A stretch of 64,000 nucleotides of DNA from the NCBI RefSeq assembly GCF_009914755.1, contig NC_060947.1, one strand, 5' to 3'. Positions within the stretch are counted from its first letter, which is position 1, and the number at the start of each line of letters is the position of its first letter. The notes under the pieces are model-generated. The model did not search any database, was not told the DNA's origin, and worked only from the letters and a program-made list of their open reading frames with translations. Source of the stretch: the human T2T-CHM13v2.0 reference genome, Homo sapiens. This document shows positions 15,228-31,189 of this stretch, one piece after another. Made by a program: the position numbers and the translations under genes.

Positions 15228-18200
15228 GCTTCGGCCGTGCGTAGACCAGTCAACTTCCGGGTTTGACTGGAGTAGGGCTTGTCATCCTCCTCAGAGTCAC
15301 TTTACAGGGATTGTCCAGGCTTGGTTTGGCCTCCTAGGTTTCAGTGGCTGCAGGCTTTATGCTGCTGTGTGATCCAGGCCAGGATTCCTTCCGCCTTTAC
15401 AGCTGTGGGAGTGGTCATGATAACAGTCTGGGGTCCTTTCCATCATGGCCGCAGAGGAGCTACTTTCCAGTCCTTGATTCACACACGGTCATCTGGAGAA
15501 AAAGGGTGAACTGGGGAGAATAAGCTGACCAGGCACCTCTCATTTACCCAAGCTGAGATTGTCTGGGTAATTTTCCCCAAGGCCTGTAGCTGTCGCTGCA
15601 ATTCAATTTCACCTAACTCTTGGGGAGTACCCGGAAGTCCTCGCAGTATAGGAGGAGGACTATGATATAATACTTTGTAAGAGGAGTATCCTGTTTTCTT
15701 AGAGGGGGTGCACCTAATTTTAAACAATACCATGGGAAGGGCCTGTATCCATTTTAATCCTGTCTCTTGACATACTTTCCCTAAACTATTTTTGACAGTC
15801 CGATTCATTCGCTCCACTTTTCCGGAACTCTGAGGTCGGTAGGCAGCATGTAACTTTCATGTGATTCCCAATACCTTTGCTGTCTTCTGTACTAAGTCAA
15901 CCACAAATGCTGGCCCAATATCTGAGCCAATCCATAGCGGCAGTCCAAACCTAGGGACGAGATCTCAAAGAAGCACACGGGTTACTTCACGAGCTTTTTC
16001 AGTTCGTGTCGGATAAGCCTCTACCCACCTAGAGTAAGTACACACTAGAACCAGTAAATACTTCTTACCTCCGCATTTGGGCATCTCTGTGAAGTCCACT
16101 TGAAGATCTTCAAAAGGAGCTACTCCATAGGCTTGTATGCCGGGAGGGACAGAGGGGTCTTGCTTTGCATTGTGCTGTCAATAGGTAACGCATTGCTGCG
16201 CTACTGTTTTAGCTAGAGCTGGCAAGTGTGAGATGTAGAAGTACCAGCTTAACAGCTTTTCAAGTGACTCTTGACCTAAATGGGTAGTTTCATATACAGC
16301 CAGCACTACTGCGGCTCCTAGCAGCTGTGGCACAGCTATTCTCCCCCATCTGGTAACTTTATCCATCCTTCTTTTATTTTGTCCTCTTTCTGCCTGAAGA
16401 ATGTCTTTTTCCTCTTTAGAATAAGTAGGGACCAGATCAGGTGTTTGAGGGAGTAGGGGGGCTGTGACTGATGCCCAGTAGGGAGTAGATGCTGCTTTTC
16501 ATGCCTCTGTGTCTGCCCAGGAGTTTCCTCGGCTCACTGAGGTGGAAACTTGCTGGTGTCCCCTGCAATGCGTGACTGCCACCTTTTGGGGTTTCCACAC
16601 TGCCTCTAATAATTGTAGAATTTCTTGTTGATATTTTATGTTCTTTCCCCCAGAATTTAACAGGCCTTTTTCTTTATATAATGCCCCATGTACTTGAAGG
16701 GTTAGAAAGGCATATCGAGAGTCAGTATAAATGTTTACAGTCTTACCTTCACTGAGTTCTAGAGCCCGAGTTAAAGCAACGAGTTCTGCTTTCTGGGCTG
16801 AAGTGCCCTGAGGCAATGGCTTGGCTTCAATAACATTATCCAAGGTTACCACCGCATATCCTGGACATCTTTCTCCTTGTGGGTTGATGAAGCTGCTCCC
16901 GTCTACGTATAACTCCCAGTCTACTGATGCCCATGGCTGGTCTCGAAGATCCGGTCTGCTAGAATAGACTGAGTCCAACACCTCTACACAGTTGTGTTCA
17001 ACAGGGCTGTCTGATACTGGGAGCAAGGTGGAAGGATTTAGTGTGTTACAGACTTCAATGGTTATGCGGGGGTTTTCACACAAGCTTTGGTACTTGGTTA
17101 ATCTAGCATTTGTTAGCCAATGGTGTCCTTTGGTATTCATTAAAGTTACCACCACATGGGGGGCCTTTATATTTAAGTTTTGCCCAAGGGTTAGCTTATC
17201 TGCTTCTTGTGCTAACAGGGCTGTAGCTGGCAGGACTGTCAGACATGGAGGCCAGCCTTTTGAAACTCCATCTAGCTGTTTTGAGAGGTAGGCCACTGGT
17301 CTTGGCCAGGGCCCCACAGTTTGAGTTAAAACTCCAACTGCCATTTTTTCTCTTTCTGACACATAGAGTGTGAAGGGCTTGGTCAAATCTGGTAGTCCCA
17401 GAGCTGGGACTGACATAAGTTTTTCTTTTAACTTACAAAAGTCTTGCTGTTGTAGAGGCCCCCATTCAAAGGGCTCTCAGTCGCCCCCCTTTGTAACCCC
17501 GTACAACAGTTTGGCTAGCACCGCAAAGTTTGGAATCCATAATCTGCAAAACCCACAGCTCCTAGAAATTCCCTTACTTGCCTTCTGGTTTTATGTTCTG
17601 GTAGGCTGCAGATGACCTGCTTTCTTTCTGACCCCAGGCTGTGCTCCCCTTTCTGAATAGTGAATCCCAGGTAGCATACCTGCTGTCTGCAAATCTGAGC
17701 TTTCTTCTTGGACACCTTATATCCACAGTCCTCCAGGTGCCAAAGTAGGGCATCCATCCCTTTTGCACACCCGACTGCTGTGGAGTGTCCTAGCAGAAGG
17801 TCGTCCACGTACTGGAGCAAGACGCAGCCTAGGTCTTTAGCAGGAAACTTCTGGATGTCTCGAGCCAACGCCTCCCTGAAGATGATGCGGGAATTTTTGA
17901 ACCCTTGGGGAAGCTGAGTCCAAGTGTACTGTGTGGTGACACCTGACCCCGGGTCTTCCTACTGAAAGGCAAACAGTTTTTGGTTCTCAGGAGCTAGTCT
18001 AATGCTAAAGAAGGCACCCTTCAAGTCCAGGCAAGTGAACCAGCCATCCTCAGCCAGCAGCAATCCTAACAATGTGTAAGTGTTAGGAACTGTTGGGTGC
18101 AGAGTCACAGTAGCTTGGTTAACCAAGCATAAGTCCTGTACGGGCCGATAGTCCTTGGTCCCTGGCTTGGGGACAGGTAGGAGGGGGGTGTTCCATGGAG

Positions 18201-18828
18201 ACTGGCAAGGAACTATAATTCCAAAAGCTTTCAAGTGTCTAAAATGTGCCTGTATTCCTTCAAGAGCTTCCCTGGGAACCGGATACTGCTTTTGTCTGAT
18301 TGGCTGGGCCCCAGGCTTAACTTCTATGAGTACAGGGGCTTGATTGATCACCAGCCCTGGAGGATTGTCCTCCACCAATACTCGGGGCCATTGCTTAGCT
18401 AGTGCCGGTTTTATCTCCTGACCTGGCTCGGTTAGAAAAAGGCTCCATTCTTCTCAGGGGACCATAAGGACCATGATAACTCCTGTTCCCGGTAACTTCA
18501 GCTATAAAGAGCCCTGTTTTGTAAAGGAAATGGTGGCTCTCAGCTTGCTAAGCAAGTCTCTGCCTAACAAAGGCAAGGGGCAGTCAGGCATATACAGAAA
18601 TTGATGAGTCACTTTATGTCCTTCTATCCAAGCAGGTCCACGGTAGGTAGAAAACCTGCTTGGTGGAGACTCTTGCTCCTATTATATCAGCGGTTTTCTT
18701 AGATAAGGGGGCCACTGGGGTGGTTACTACTGAGTGTTCAGCACGGTATTGACCAAAAACTTAATGTCCTTGACCCCTATTGTCATCCTGACCATGGGCT
18801 CCTTGGGGGCATTTGAGCTCGATCCCCT
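15224..18828 (-). pseudogene. HERV-E pro-pol (protease, RT, RNase H, integrase), multiply disrupted
   Basis: Protease FLVNT (DTG to NT plus frameshift); SPWNTPLLPV..DYRPVQDL; LLQYVDDLLL; RNase H YVDGSS..SAQKAEL..YTDSRYAF; integrase ERMNRTVK. Confidence 0.92.
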
Positions 18829-20402
18829 TCAGTCTAGAAGCCCTTCGGCCAGATTAAACAAAGTCCCTTCGTCTTTTTCTATGGTCTTTTTGCTCTGCAT
18901 CACCTTGCTTCTCTTTTAGTTGGGGACATTTATCTTTCCAATGTCCTATTTCTTTACAGTAGGCACATTGGTTACGCTGCAGACGTGAGCGATTGGACTG
19001 GGCATTCCTCCCAGAACACCCCTTTCCCTGTCCCTTCGTGGGGATTCCCCTAATTGCCACAGCCAGCAAATCAGCGTTCCACCTGGCCTGGCGTTCTCCC
19101 TCCTTATGGCTTTCTCTGCGGCTTGTTGCATCACTGTTTACAAATATTTGATTAGCTATCTCCAGTAACTGCGAGATATTCATTCCTGCAAAACCAGCCT
19201 GTTTTTGTAATTTCCTTTGGATATCTTCTGCACTTTGACTAACTAAGGCCATGTTAATCATATGCTGATTTTCAGGACTATCTGGATTGAAAGGAATGTA
19301 CATATGATAGGCCTCACACAGTCTTTCATAGAATTGGGCTGGGCTTTCCTCCTTTCCTTGGATGACTTCAGAAACTTTATTTACGTTGGTGGCCTTTTGA
19401 GCCCCTTTTTTTCAGACCTTCAATTAATGCCTCCTGGTATTGTCTTAGCCTCTCCATATCTGGTCCTTCATTCAGATCCCATTGAGGGTCCATTCCTGGC
19501 AGCTGAATTCTTATGTATTCCTGGGGATTTTGGTAATCGGCTGGGACATGCTCCTCTAGCCATTTAGTTGCTGCCTGGAGCACCCTTCGCTTTTCATCTG
19601 TGTTAAAGAGGTACATGAGTAGCTGGTGGGAATCAGCCCAAGTAGTATTATGAGTCTGTATAATAGTTTGGAGCAAGTCAATTAGAGCTTGAGGCTTTTC
19701 AGTGTAAGATGGAGTATTATTTTTCCAATTGAGGAAGTCAGCAGAAGTGAAAGGGTGATACACAAAGGCACGCCTTTCCATCATGTGTCCATCCTCATCT
19801 ATCCCAGTATATTGCTGCTCTCTCAGGGGCATTTGTGTTCCAGTCTTGGGCTGTAAGCGAGCCACCAAGGGAGGAGTTTCTCCTGCAGCTTCACTTCCTT
19901 TCTTGTCTACTCTGGGTGGTCTAGGGGCTGTGAGCTCAGGATTAGGGGGCCTCTCTGCTTGGTAAGGGAGGGGCACTGTTGGTGCCATCTCCTGCCATGA
20001 GTCTTTGGGCTCTGGGTCAGACAGAACTTTAGGGGCTGGCTTCTGTCAGCGGGTGGAGTGAGGACCTTCCTTAACTAACTGTCCCTTTGCTACTAGTACT
20101 GCTGCTGCCTGTCCTGTTAACCACTGTGGGGGATCTAAAACTAGCTGTAACCAGGAATCTATATATGGGAACTGATCTGGGTGTCCTGGCTTGCCAGTTA
20201 CTTTGTGCCATACCTTTGAAACAAGAGACCTCTCCAGGCTTCCTTCTGATGGCCAACCTACCTCTAATTCTGGCCAATCTATTTCACACAAAGTTCTAAG
20301 TTTTCCTGGAGTCATAGTAACTCCATAGTCTCCTTTGAATCCTTTCTTGAAATTCTTTAACATAGTTCCCAATGGGGTGGGCTTACTTTGTGCCTGACCC
20401 AT
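18829..20402 (-). pseudogene. HERV-E gag, disrupted
   Basis: MGQAQSKPTPLGTMLKNF matrix; YHPFTSADFLNWKNNTPSY capsid; CAYCKEIGHWKDKC zinc knuckle. Confidence 0.92.
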
Positions 20403-20913
20403 GTTTTCTCAAGACAAAATATCATGCTCACACCACACACTTACCACAAAACAAAGAACAAGTAAAGAGGGCACACACACACCTTTATCGTTTATACCAA
20501 ACCAAAATCAGAGTATCAAGAAATTTAAGCCAAGTCAAAACCAAAACCAAAGTATCAAGCAATTCAAGTCAAGTCAAAACCAGAACAAAAGTGCCGATAC
20601 AGGCATGCTGTGGGTGGTCAGGCCATGCTTCCACTCAGATGGAGTGGGCAAGTTTCAAAGACTATTCTTACCAAGTTTCAGATGTCTGGACTCCAAGTGC
20701 CATTTCCTTCCCTGTGTTCAGCCACTGCTTTGGTCCTCCATGGGGGCTTGCCACACACTGCTCTGGTGAGGCGTTCCACCGGGCCAATTGCCTACCCGGG
20801 AGCGCTCTTTGGATCATGTCGCTCGGGTAGGCTGGAGTCCTCTGCAGGGATGCTCCACAGGGCAGGCCTAAGCTGCCTAAGGGGCTGCCTCGGCTGTCCA
20901 TCAGTCACCTCGT

Positions 20914-20931
20914 TTCCCAGTCAGCGAACCA
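20914..20931 (-). promoter_or_regulatory. Primer binding site, tRNA-Glu
   Basis: Minus strand TGGTTCGCTGACTGGGAA versus tRNA-Glu PBS TGGTTCCCTGACCGGGAA, 5 nt after the 5' LTR end. Confidence 0.88.
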
Positions 20932-20936
20932 AGAAA

Positions 20937-21438
20937 TGTAGCAGGACGAGCTGCGGACAAAACCCCACAGACACCGAGGTAGTGAAGGTAGTGGCTTTAA
21001 TCAGCTGGAAGGATCGGCAGACTAATGTCTCAAAATCCGAGCTCCCCGAGTGCACAATTTCTGTCCCTTTTAAGGGCTCACAACGTTAAAGATTTTACAT
21101 GAAAGGGCCGTGATCGATCGAGCGATCTAGGGGGTATGTGACAGGGGCTTCATGCACCAGTAATCAGAGTGAAACAGAACAGAAGGAGAAGTTTCACAAT
21201 GTCCTTCCATACAATGTCTGGAATCTATGGATAACATCGGTTGCTAGGTCATGGGTTGAATTTTAACTACCAGGTTAGGTCACGAAGGCCCAGACCTGGT
21301 TTTGGGTCTGGTTTTGGGTCTGGTGCCTGGCGCCGGGCTGCCTGCCTTTGGTTTCCACTTCCTTGTTTCTTCTTAAAACAGGTACCGAGTATAAAACAAT
21401 ATAAAACAATATGAGGGGTCTCTTTTTCTCTTCTCTCA
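20937..21438 (-). promoter_or_regulatory. HERV-E 5' LTR (502 bp)
   Basis: Minus strand TGAGAGAAGAG...CCCTTAAAAGGG (TATA-like)...ATTAAA...CCTGCTACA, followed by the PBS. Confidence 0.93.
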
Positions 21439-21492
21439 CCTTGGCCTCCCAAAGTGCTGGTGATTACAGGCATGAGCCACCATTCCTGGCCC
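21439..21492 (-). mobile_element. AluS-type, remainder (Alu 5' end)
   Basis: CCTTGGCCTCCCAAAGTGCTGGTGATTACAGGCATGAGCCACCATTCCTGGCC continues the Alu broken at 13677. Confidence 0.93.
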
Positions 21493-21539
21493 TTAAATAT
21501 TTGTTTTATTTGGTTTTTGTTGTATATGCCTCAAGTCTT

Positions 21540-22215
21540 TCATTTTTTTATTGAGGTATAATTTATATTTAGTAAAATTTATTCTTTTTACATCTACAGT
21601 TCTTTGAAATTTGGCAATGTATACCATTCTGTAACCACCACTATAATCAAGATAAATAATGTTTCTGTCACCTGAAAAGGCTCCCTTGTGCTCTTTTGTA
21701 ATCAACTCCTCCCTCTAATTCCCAGCCTTTATCAACTACTGATAAGATCTCTTTCACTGCAATTTTGTTCATTATAAACTGTTATATAAGTGAAATTATA
21801 AGTTTATAGCCTTTTGATTCTTGCTTCTTTTACTCAACATTTTTCTCAAGATTCATCTGTGTTGTTGTGCATGTCAGTAATTCTTTATTGTTGTTGTTCA
21901 GTAGTTTTCTATTGTATGAATATAGCAATTTGTTTATCCATTTATCTATAGATGGACACTTCAGTAGTTTCCAATATTTAGTGACTATGAATAAAGCTGT
22001 TTTAAACATTTGCAGACAGATTTTCCTGTGGACAGATTTGTGTTTGTATTTTGGGATGGGTAAATACCTAAGAGTGGAATTACTAGGGATTATGTTAAGT
22101 AAATGTTCAACTTTACTACCAACTGCCAAACTGTTTTCCAGACTGGCTTTAAAATTTCTCAGTCCTACCAACAATGTATTAGAACTTCATTGCTCCACAT
22201 CCTTGCCACCATTTG
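21540..22215 (-). mobile_element. L1ME/MD-type 3' fragment
   Basis: TTTTTTTATTGAGGTATAATTT...CAAGATTCATCTGTGTTG; minus-strand ORF 21830-22174 is L1 ORF2 C-terminus-like. Confidence 0.7.
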
Positions 22216-22219
22216 TGTT

Positions 22220-23715
22220 TTTAAATTTTATAATACATTAACAAATAATAATTCTATATATTTATGAGGAACATATGATATAGATATATAATGCAGTATG
22301 ATTGAACTAAGAAAAGTGACATATCCATCTCCTCAAATACTTATCATGTATTCTTCCTATCTAACTTAAACCTGTACCTTCTTAGCAACATCTCCCCATT
22401 CCCCAACCCAACCTCTGATAGCCACCATTCTACTCTCTATTTCTTTGATTTAGATTATTTTATATTCAAAATAAAAGTGAGATTATTCAGTATTTTTCTT
22501 TATGTGGCTGGCATATTTCACTTAGCGTAATGTCCTCCAGTTTTATCCACGGTGTCGCAAATGACAGGATTTTTTTCCTTTTCAGGGCTGTTACTCCATT
22601 GTGTATACATACTGCATTTTCTTTATCAATTTTTTTTGATGGGCACTTAGATTGATTTTATATGCTGGCTATTTTGAAAAATGATGCAATGAATATAGGA
22701 GTGCAGACATCCCTTCTACATACTAATTTTAAATCCTTTTGATATATACACAGAAGTGGGATTTCTGGATCATATGGTAGTTCTATTTTTAGTTTTTTGA
22801 GGAACCACCACACACTTTTTTATAATGGCTGTAATATTATAATTCACATTCCCACCAACAGTATACCTGAGTTCCTTTCTCTTCACTTGTTATCACTTCT
22901 CTTTTTTATAATAACCACCATCACAGGCATGAGGTTATATTATATTGTGGTTTTAATTTGCATTTCCCTAATGATTAGTAATGCTGAACATTTTTTTCAT
23001 GTACCTGTTGGCCATTTGTATGTCTTCTTTGAGAAATGTCTTTTCAGATCTTTTGTCTGTTTTAAAATAGTTGTTTCTTGCTAGTCATTTGTTTGAATAC
23101 CTTACATATTTTGAATACCTTTGTTTGAATACCTTACATATTGAATACCTTACATATTTTGTATAGCAAATCTTTATCAGATGTTGGCTTGCAAATATTT
23201 GTTGTTTCCTTTGCGTTACAAAATCATTTTTGTTTGTTACAAACAGGTTTGTCTATTTTTGTTCGTGTTGCCTAAGATTTTGGATGTAATCCCAAAGAAT
23301 CATTGCCAGACCAATTTCATGTAGTTTTTTCCGCTATATTTTCTTTTAGTATTTTTACATTTTCAGGTCTTTTCTTTAAATTTGTAATCCATGGTGAGGT
23401 GATTTTCATGTGCAGTGTGAAATAAAGGTCCAATTTCATTCTTCGGCATATGGATATTCAGTTTACCCAACATCATTTATTAAAAAGACTGGCCTTTTCC
23501 CATTGTATATTATTGGCATCTTTGTCAAAAATCAATTGAATGAAAACACATGTGTTTATTTCTGGAATTTTTATTCCATTTCTTTGTGTATGTGTCTATT
23601 GTTATGCCAGTACCATGCTGTTTTAATGAATATAGCCTTCTAATATAATGTGAAATCAGATAGTGCCTCCAGCTTTGTTCTTTTTGCTGAAGTTTGCCTT
23701 GGCTATTTGGGTTTT
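22220..23715 (-). mobile_element. L1MA-type 3'UTR and ORF2 3' part
   Basis: CCTCTGATAGCCACCATTCTACTCTC...GAGGAACCACCACAC...GCCTCCAGCTTTGTTC. Confidence 0.75.
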
Positions 23716-23719
23716 TAAA

Positions 23720-26860
<3,141 letters not shown>

Positions 26861-26864
26861 TATT

Positions 26865-27412
26865 TTACTTTTTTTTCTTTAATTTTTGTGTTTACATAGT
26901 AGGTGTATATATTTATGGGATACATGAGATATTTTGATATAGGCATGCAATGTGAAATAAACACATCAAGGAGAATGGAGTATCCATCCCCTCAAGCATT
27001 TATCCATTGTGATACAAAAAATTCAATAACACCATTGGACACAGTTGTTATAAAATGTACAATTAAGTTATTATTGGCTACAGTCACCCTGTTTTGCTGT
27101 CAAATAGTAGGTCTTATTTATTTCTTCTAAATATTTTTTGTATGCATTAACCATCCCACCTCCCCACCACTTCCAGCCCCTCACTATCCAACCCAGCCTC
27201 TGGTAACCATCCTTCTACTCTCTATGTTTATGAGCTCAAATGTTTTGATTTTTAGATACTGCGAATAAATGAGAACATGTGATGTTTGTCCTTCTCTGCC
27301 TAGCTTATCTCAGTTTGCATAATGATTTTCAGTTCTAACCATGTTGCAAATGACTGGGTCGTATTCTTTTTATGACTGAATAGTACTCCATTGTGTATAT
27401 TTACCAAATTTT
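26865..27412 (-). mobile_element. L1MA 3'UTR fragment
   Basis: TAGTAGGTGTATATATTTATGGGATACATGAGATATTTTGATATAGGCATGCAATGTG...GCCTCTGGTAACCATCC. Confidence 0.8.
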
Positions 27413-30319
27413 CTTTTTTTATCATTTTATTTTAAGTTCATGGGTATATGGTGCAGGATGTGCAGATCCGTTACATAAGTAAACATGTGCCCATGGTGGT
27501 TTGCTACACAGATTATGCCATCACCTAGATATTAAGCCCAGCATCCATTAGCTATTCTTGATGGTGTCACTCACCCCACACATCACCTTCTGACAGGCCC
27601 CAGTGTGTTGTTCCCTGCCATGTGTCCCTGTGTTCTCATCATTCAGACCACATTTATGAGTGAGAACATGCACTGTTTTACTTTTCCTGCATTAGTTTGC
27701 TAAGGATAATGGCTTCCAACTCCATACATGTCCCTACAAGAACATGATCTCATTACCTTTTATGGCTGCATAGCATTCCATAGTTTATATGTACCACATT
27801 TTCTTTATCCAGTCTATCATTAATGGGCATTTGGATTGTTCTTATGTCTTTGCTATTATTAATAGTGCTGCAATGAACATATGCATGCATGTATCTATAA
27901 TAGAACGATTTATATTCCTTTCGGTATATACCCAGTAATGGGATTGCTGGGAGAAGTTGTATTTCTGCCTCTAGGTCTTTGAGGAACTGCCACACTCTCT
28001 TACACAATGATTGAACTAATGTACGTTTCCACCAACAGTGAAAAAGTGTTTCTTTTCCTCCACAACCTCACCAGAATCTGTTGTTCTTGGACTTTTTTAG
28101 CCATTCTGACTATCGTGAGATGGTATCTCATTGTGGTTTTCATTTGCATTTCTCTAATGATCAGTGACGGTGAGCTTTTTTTCCCTATGTTTGATGGCCC
28201 CATTTATGTCTTCTTTTGAGAAGTGGCTGTTGAGGTTTATTGCCCACTTTTTAATGTGGTTTTTCTTTTTCTTGTAAATTTGTTTAATATCCTTATAGAT
28301 TCTGGATATTAGAGTTTTGTCAGAGGGATACATTGCAAAAAGTTTCTACCATTTTGTAGGTTCTTTGTTCATGCTGATGATAGTTACTTTTGCTGTGTAG
28401 AAGCTCTTTAGTTTAGTTAGATTTCATTTTTGAATTTTTGCTTTTGTTGCAATTGCTTCTGGTGTTTATGTCATGAAATTTTTGCCCATGCCTATGTCCT
28501 AAATGGTATTGCCTAGATTTTCTTCTAGAGTTATTATAGTTTTGGGTTTTACATTTAAGTCTTTAATCCCTCTTGAGTTAATTTTTGTATATGGTGTAAG
28601 GAAGAGGCCTAATTTCAGTTTTCTGCCTATGGGTAGCCAGCACTCACAGCACTAATTATTAAATAGGAAATCCTTTCTCCATTGCTTGTCTTTGTCAAGT
28701 TTGCCAAAGATCAGATGGGTATAGGTGTGCAGTCTTATTTCTGAGTATCTATTCTATTCCAGAGTTATCTATTATATTCCATTGGTCAATGTTTCTGTTC
28801 TTGTACCAGTATCATGCTGTTTTGATTACAGTAGCCTTATACTATAGTTTGAAGTCAGATAGCATGATGCCCCCAGTTTTGTTCTGTTTGCTTAGGATTG
28901 TCTTGTCTATTTGGGCTCTTTTTTGGTTGCATGTAAGTTTCAGAATCATTTTTTCTAATTCCAAGAAGAATGTCAATGGTAGTTTAATGGGAATAACATT
29001 TAGTCTATAAATTACTTTGGATAGTGTGGCCATTTTTATTATATTGATTTTTCTTATCCATGAGCATGGAATATGTATTTGTTTGTGTCCTCTCTGATTT
29101 CTTTGAGCAGTGGTTTTTAGTTCTCCTTGAAGAGGTCCTTCACTTTTCTTGTTAGCTCTATTCCTAGGCATTTTATTATTTTTATATCAAATGTGAATGA
29201 GAGTTCATTCATGATTTGGCTCTCTGCTTGCCTGTTATTGGTGCATAGGAATAGTAGTGATTTTTGCACATTGCTTTTGTAGCCTGAGACATTACTGATG
29301 ATTCTTATCAGCTTAAGAAGCTTTTGGGCTGAGACAATGGGGGCTTCAAGATACAGGATCATGTCATCTGCAAACAAAGATAATTTGAGTTCCTCTCTTC
29401 CAATTTGTATACCCTTTATTTCTTCTGTTGCCTGATTGCTCTGGCCAGAACTTCCAATACTATGTTGAATAGGAGTGGTGGGAGAGGGCATCCTTTTCTC
29501 GTGCCAGTTTTCAAGGGCAGTGCTTCCAGATTTTTCCCATTCAGTATGATATTGACTGTGGGTTTGTCATAGATGATTCTTAATACTTTGACTTCTGTTC
29601 CCTCGATACCTAGTTTATTTAGAGTTTTTAACAAGAAGGAATGTTGAATTTTATCGACAGCCTTATCTGCATCTATTTATATAATCATGTGGTTTTTGTC
29701 TTTAGTTCTGTTTACGTGATTAATCACATTTATTGATTTATGTGTGTTGAACCAACCTTGCATCTCTAGCATGAAGCCTACTTGATTGTGGTGGATAAGC
29801 TTTTTGGTGTGCTGCTGGATGTGGTTATTTTGTTGAGAATATTTGCATCAATGTTCATCAAGAATATTGACCTGAAGTTTTCTTCCATTGTTGTATCTCT
29901 TCCAGGTTTTGTTATCAGGATGATGCTGGCCTAATAGAATGAGTTAGGGAGGAGTTCCTCCTTTTCAATTTTTTGGTATAGTTTCAGTAGAAATGATACC
30001 AGCTTTTTTTTTTTTTTTTTTTTTTTTTTGGTACCTTTGGTAGAATTCAGCTGTGAATCTGTCTGGTCTTGGGCTTTTTTTTTTTTTTTTTTCCGGTTTG
30101 TAGGCTATTTATTATTGCCTCGATTTCAGAACTTGTTATCAGTCTACTCAGGGATTCAACTTCCTGGTTCAGTCTTGAGAGGGTGCATGTGTCCAGGAAT
30201 TTATCCATTTCTTCTAGATTTTCTAGTTTATGTGCATAGAGGTGTTTATCATATTCTCTGATGGTTGTTTGTATTTCTGTGAGGTCAGTGATGACATCCG
30301 CTTTATCCTTTTTTAATTC

Positions 30320-30603
30320 TTTTCTTTTTTGGAGACTCTTTTCACTCTTGTCGCCCAGGCTGGAGTGCAATGGCATGATCTCGGCTCACTGCCACCTCCA
30401 CTCCCGGGTTCAAGCGATTCTCCTGCTTCAGCCCCCTAAGTAGCTAGATTTACAGGTGTGCGCCACTATGCCCAGCTAATTTTTGTATTATTAGTAAAGA
30501 CAGGGTTTCACCATGTTGGCCAGCCTCGTCTTGAACTCCTGACCTCAGGTGATCCACCCGCCCAAAGTGCTGGGATTACAGGCATGAGCCACCTCGCCCA
30601 ACC
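30320..30603 (-). mobile_element. AluS inserted in L1
   Basis: TTTCACTCTTGTCGCCCAGGCTGGAGTGCAATGG...ACCTCAGGTGATCCACCC. Confidence 0.9.
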
Positions 30604-30840
30604 CTTTTTATTATTTTTTATTGTGTCTATTCTCTCTTTATTAGTCTAGCTAGCAGTCTATCTATTTTTTTTTTTTTTTCAAAAAACCTCTCCTGGATTC
30701 ATTGACTTTTTGAATGGTTTTTCATGTCTCTATCTCCTTCAGTTTAGCTCTGATCTTGGTTATTTCTTGTCTTCTGTTAGCTTTGGGATTTGGCTGCTCT
30801 TGGTTTTCTAGTTCTTTTAGTTGAGATGTTAGGTTGATAA

Positions 30841-31189
<349 letters not shown>

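Noticed and set aside
20372-21089. 122-159-aa + strand ORFs over the HERV-E leader
   Set aside because: Antisense to the leader and LTR, including the short AAAACC-type leader repeats; chance ORFs.
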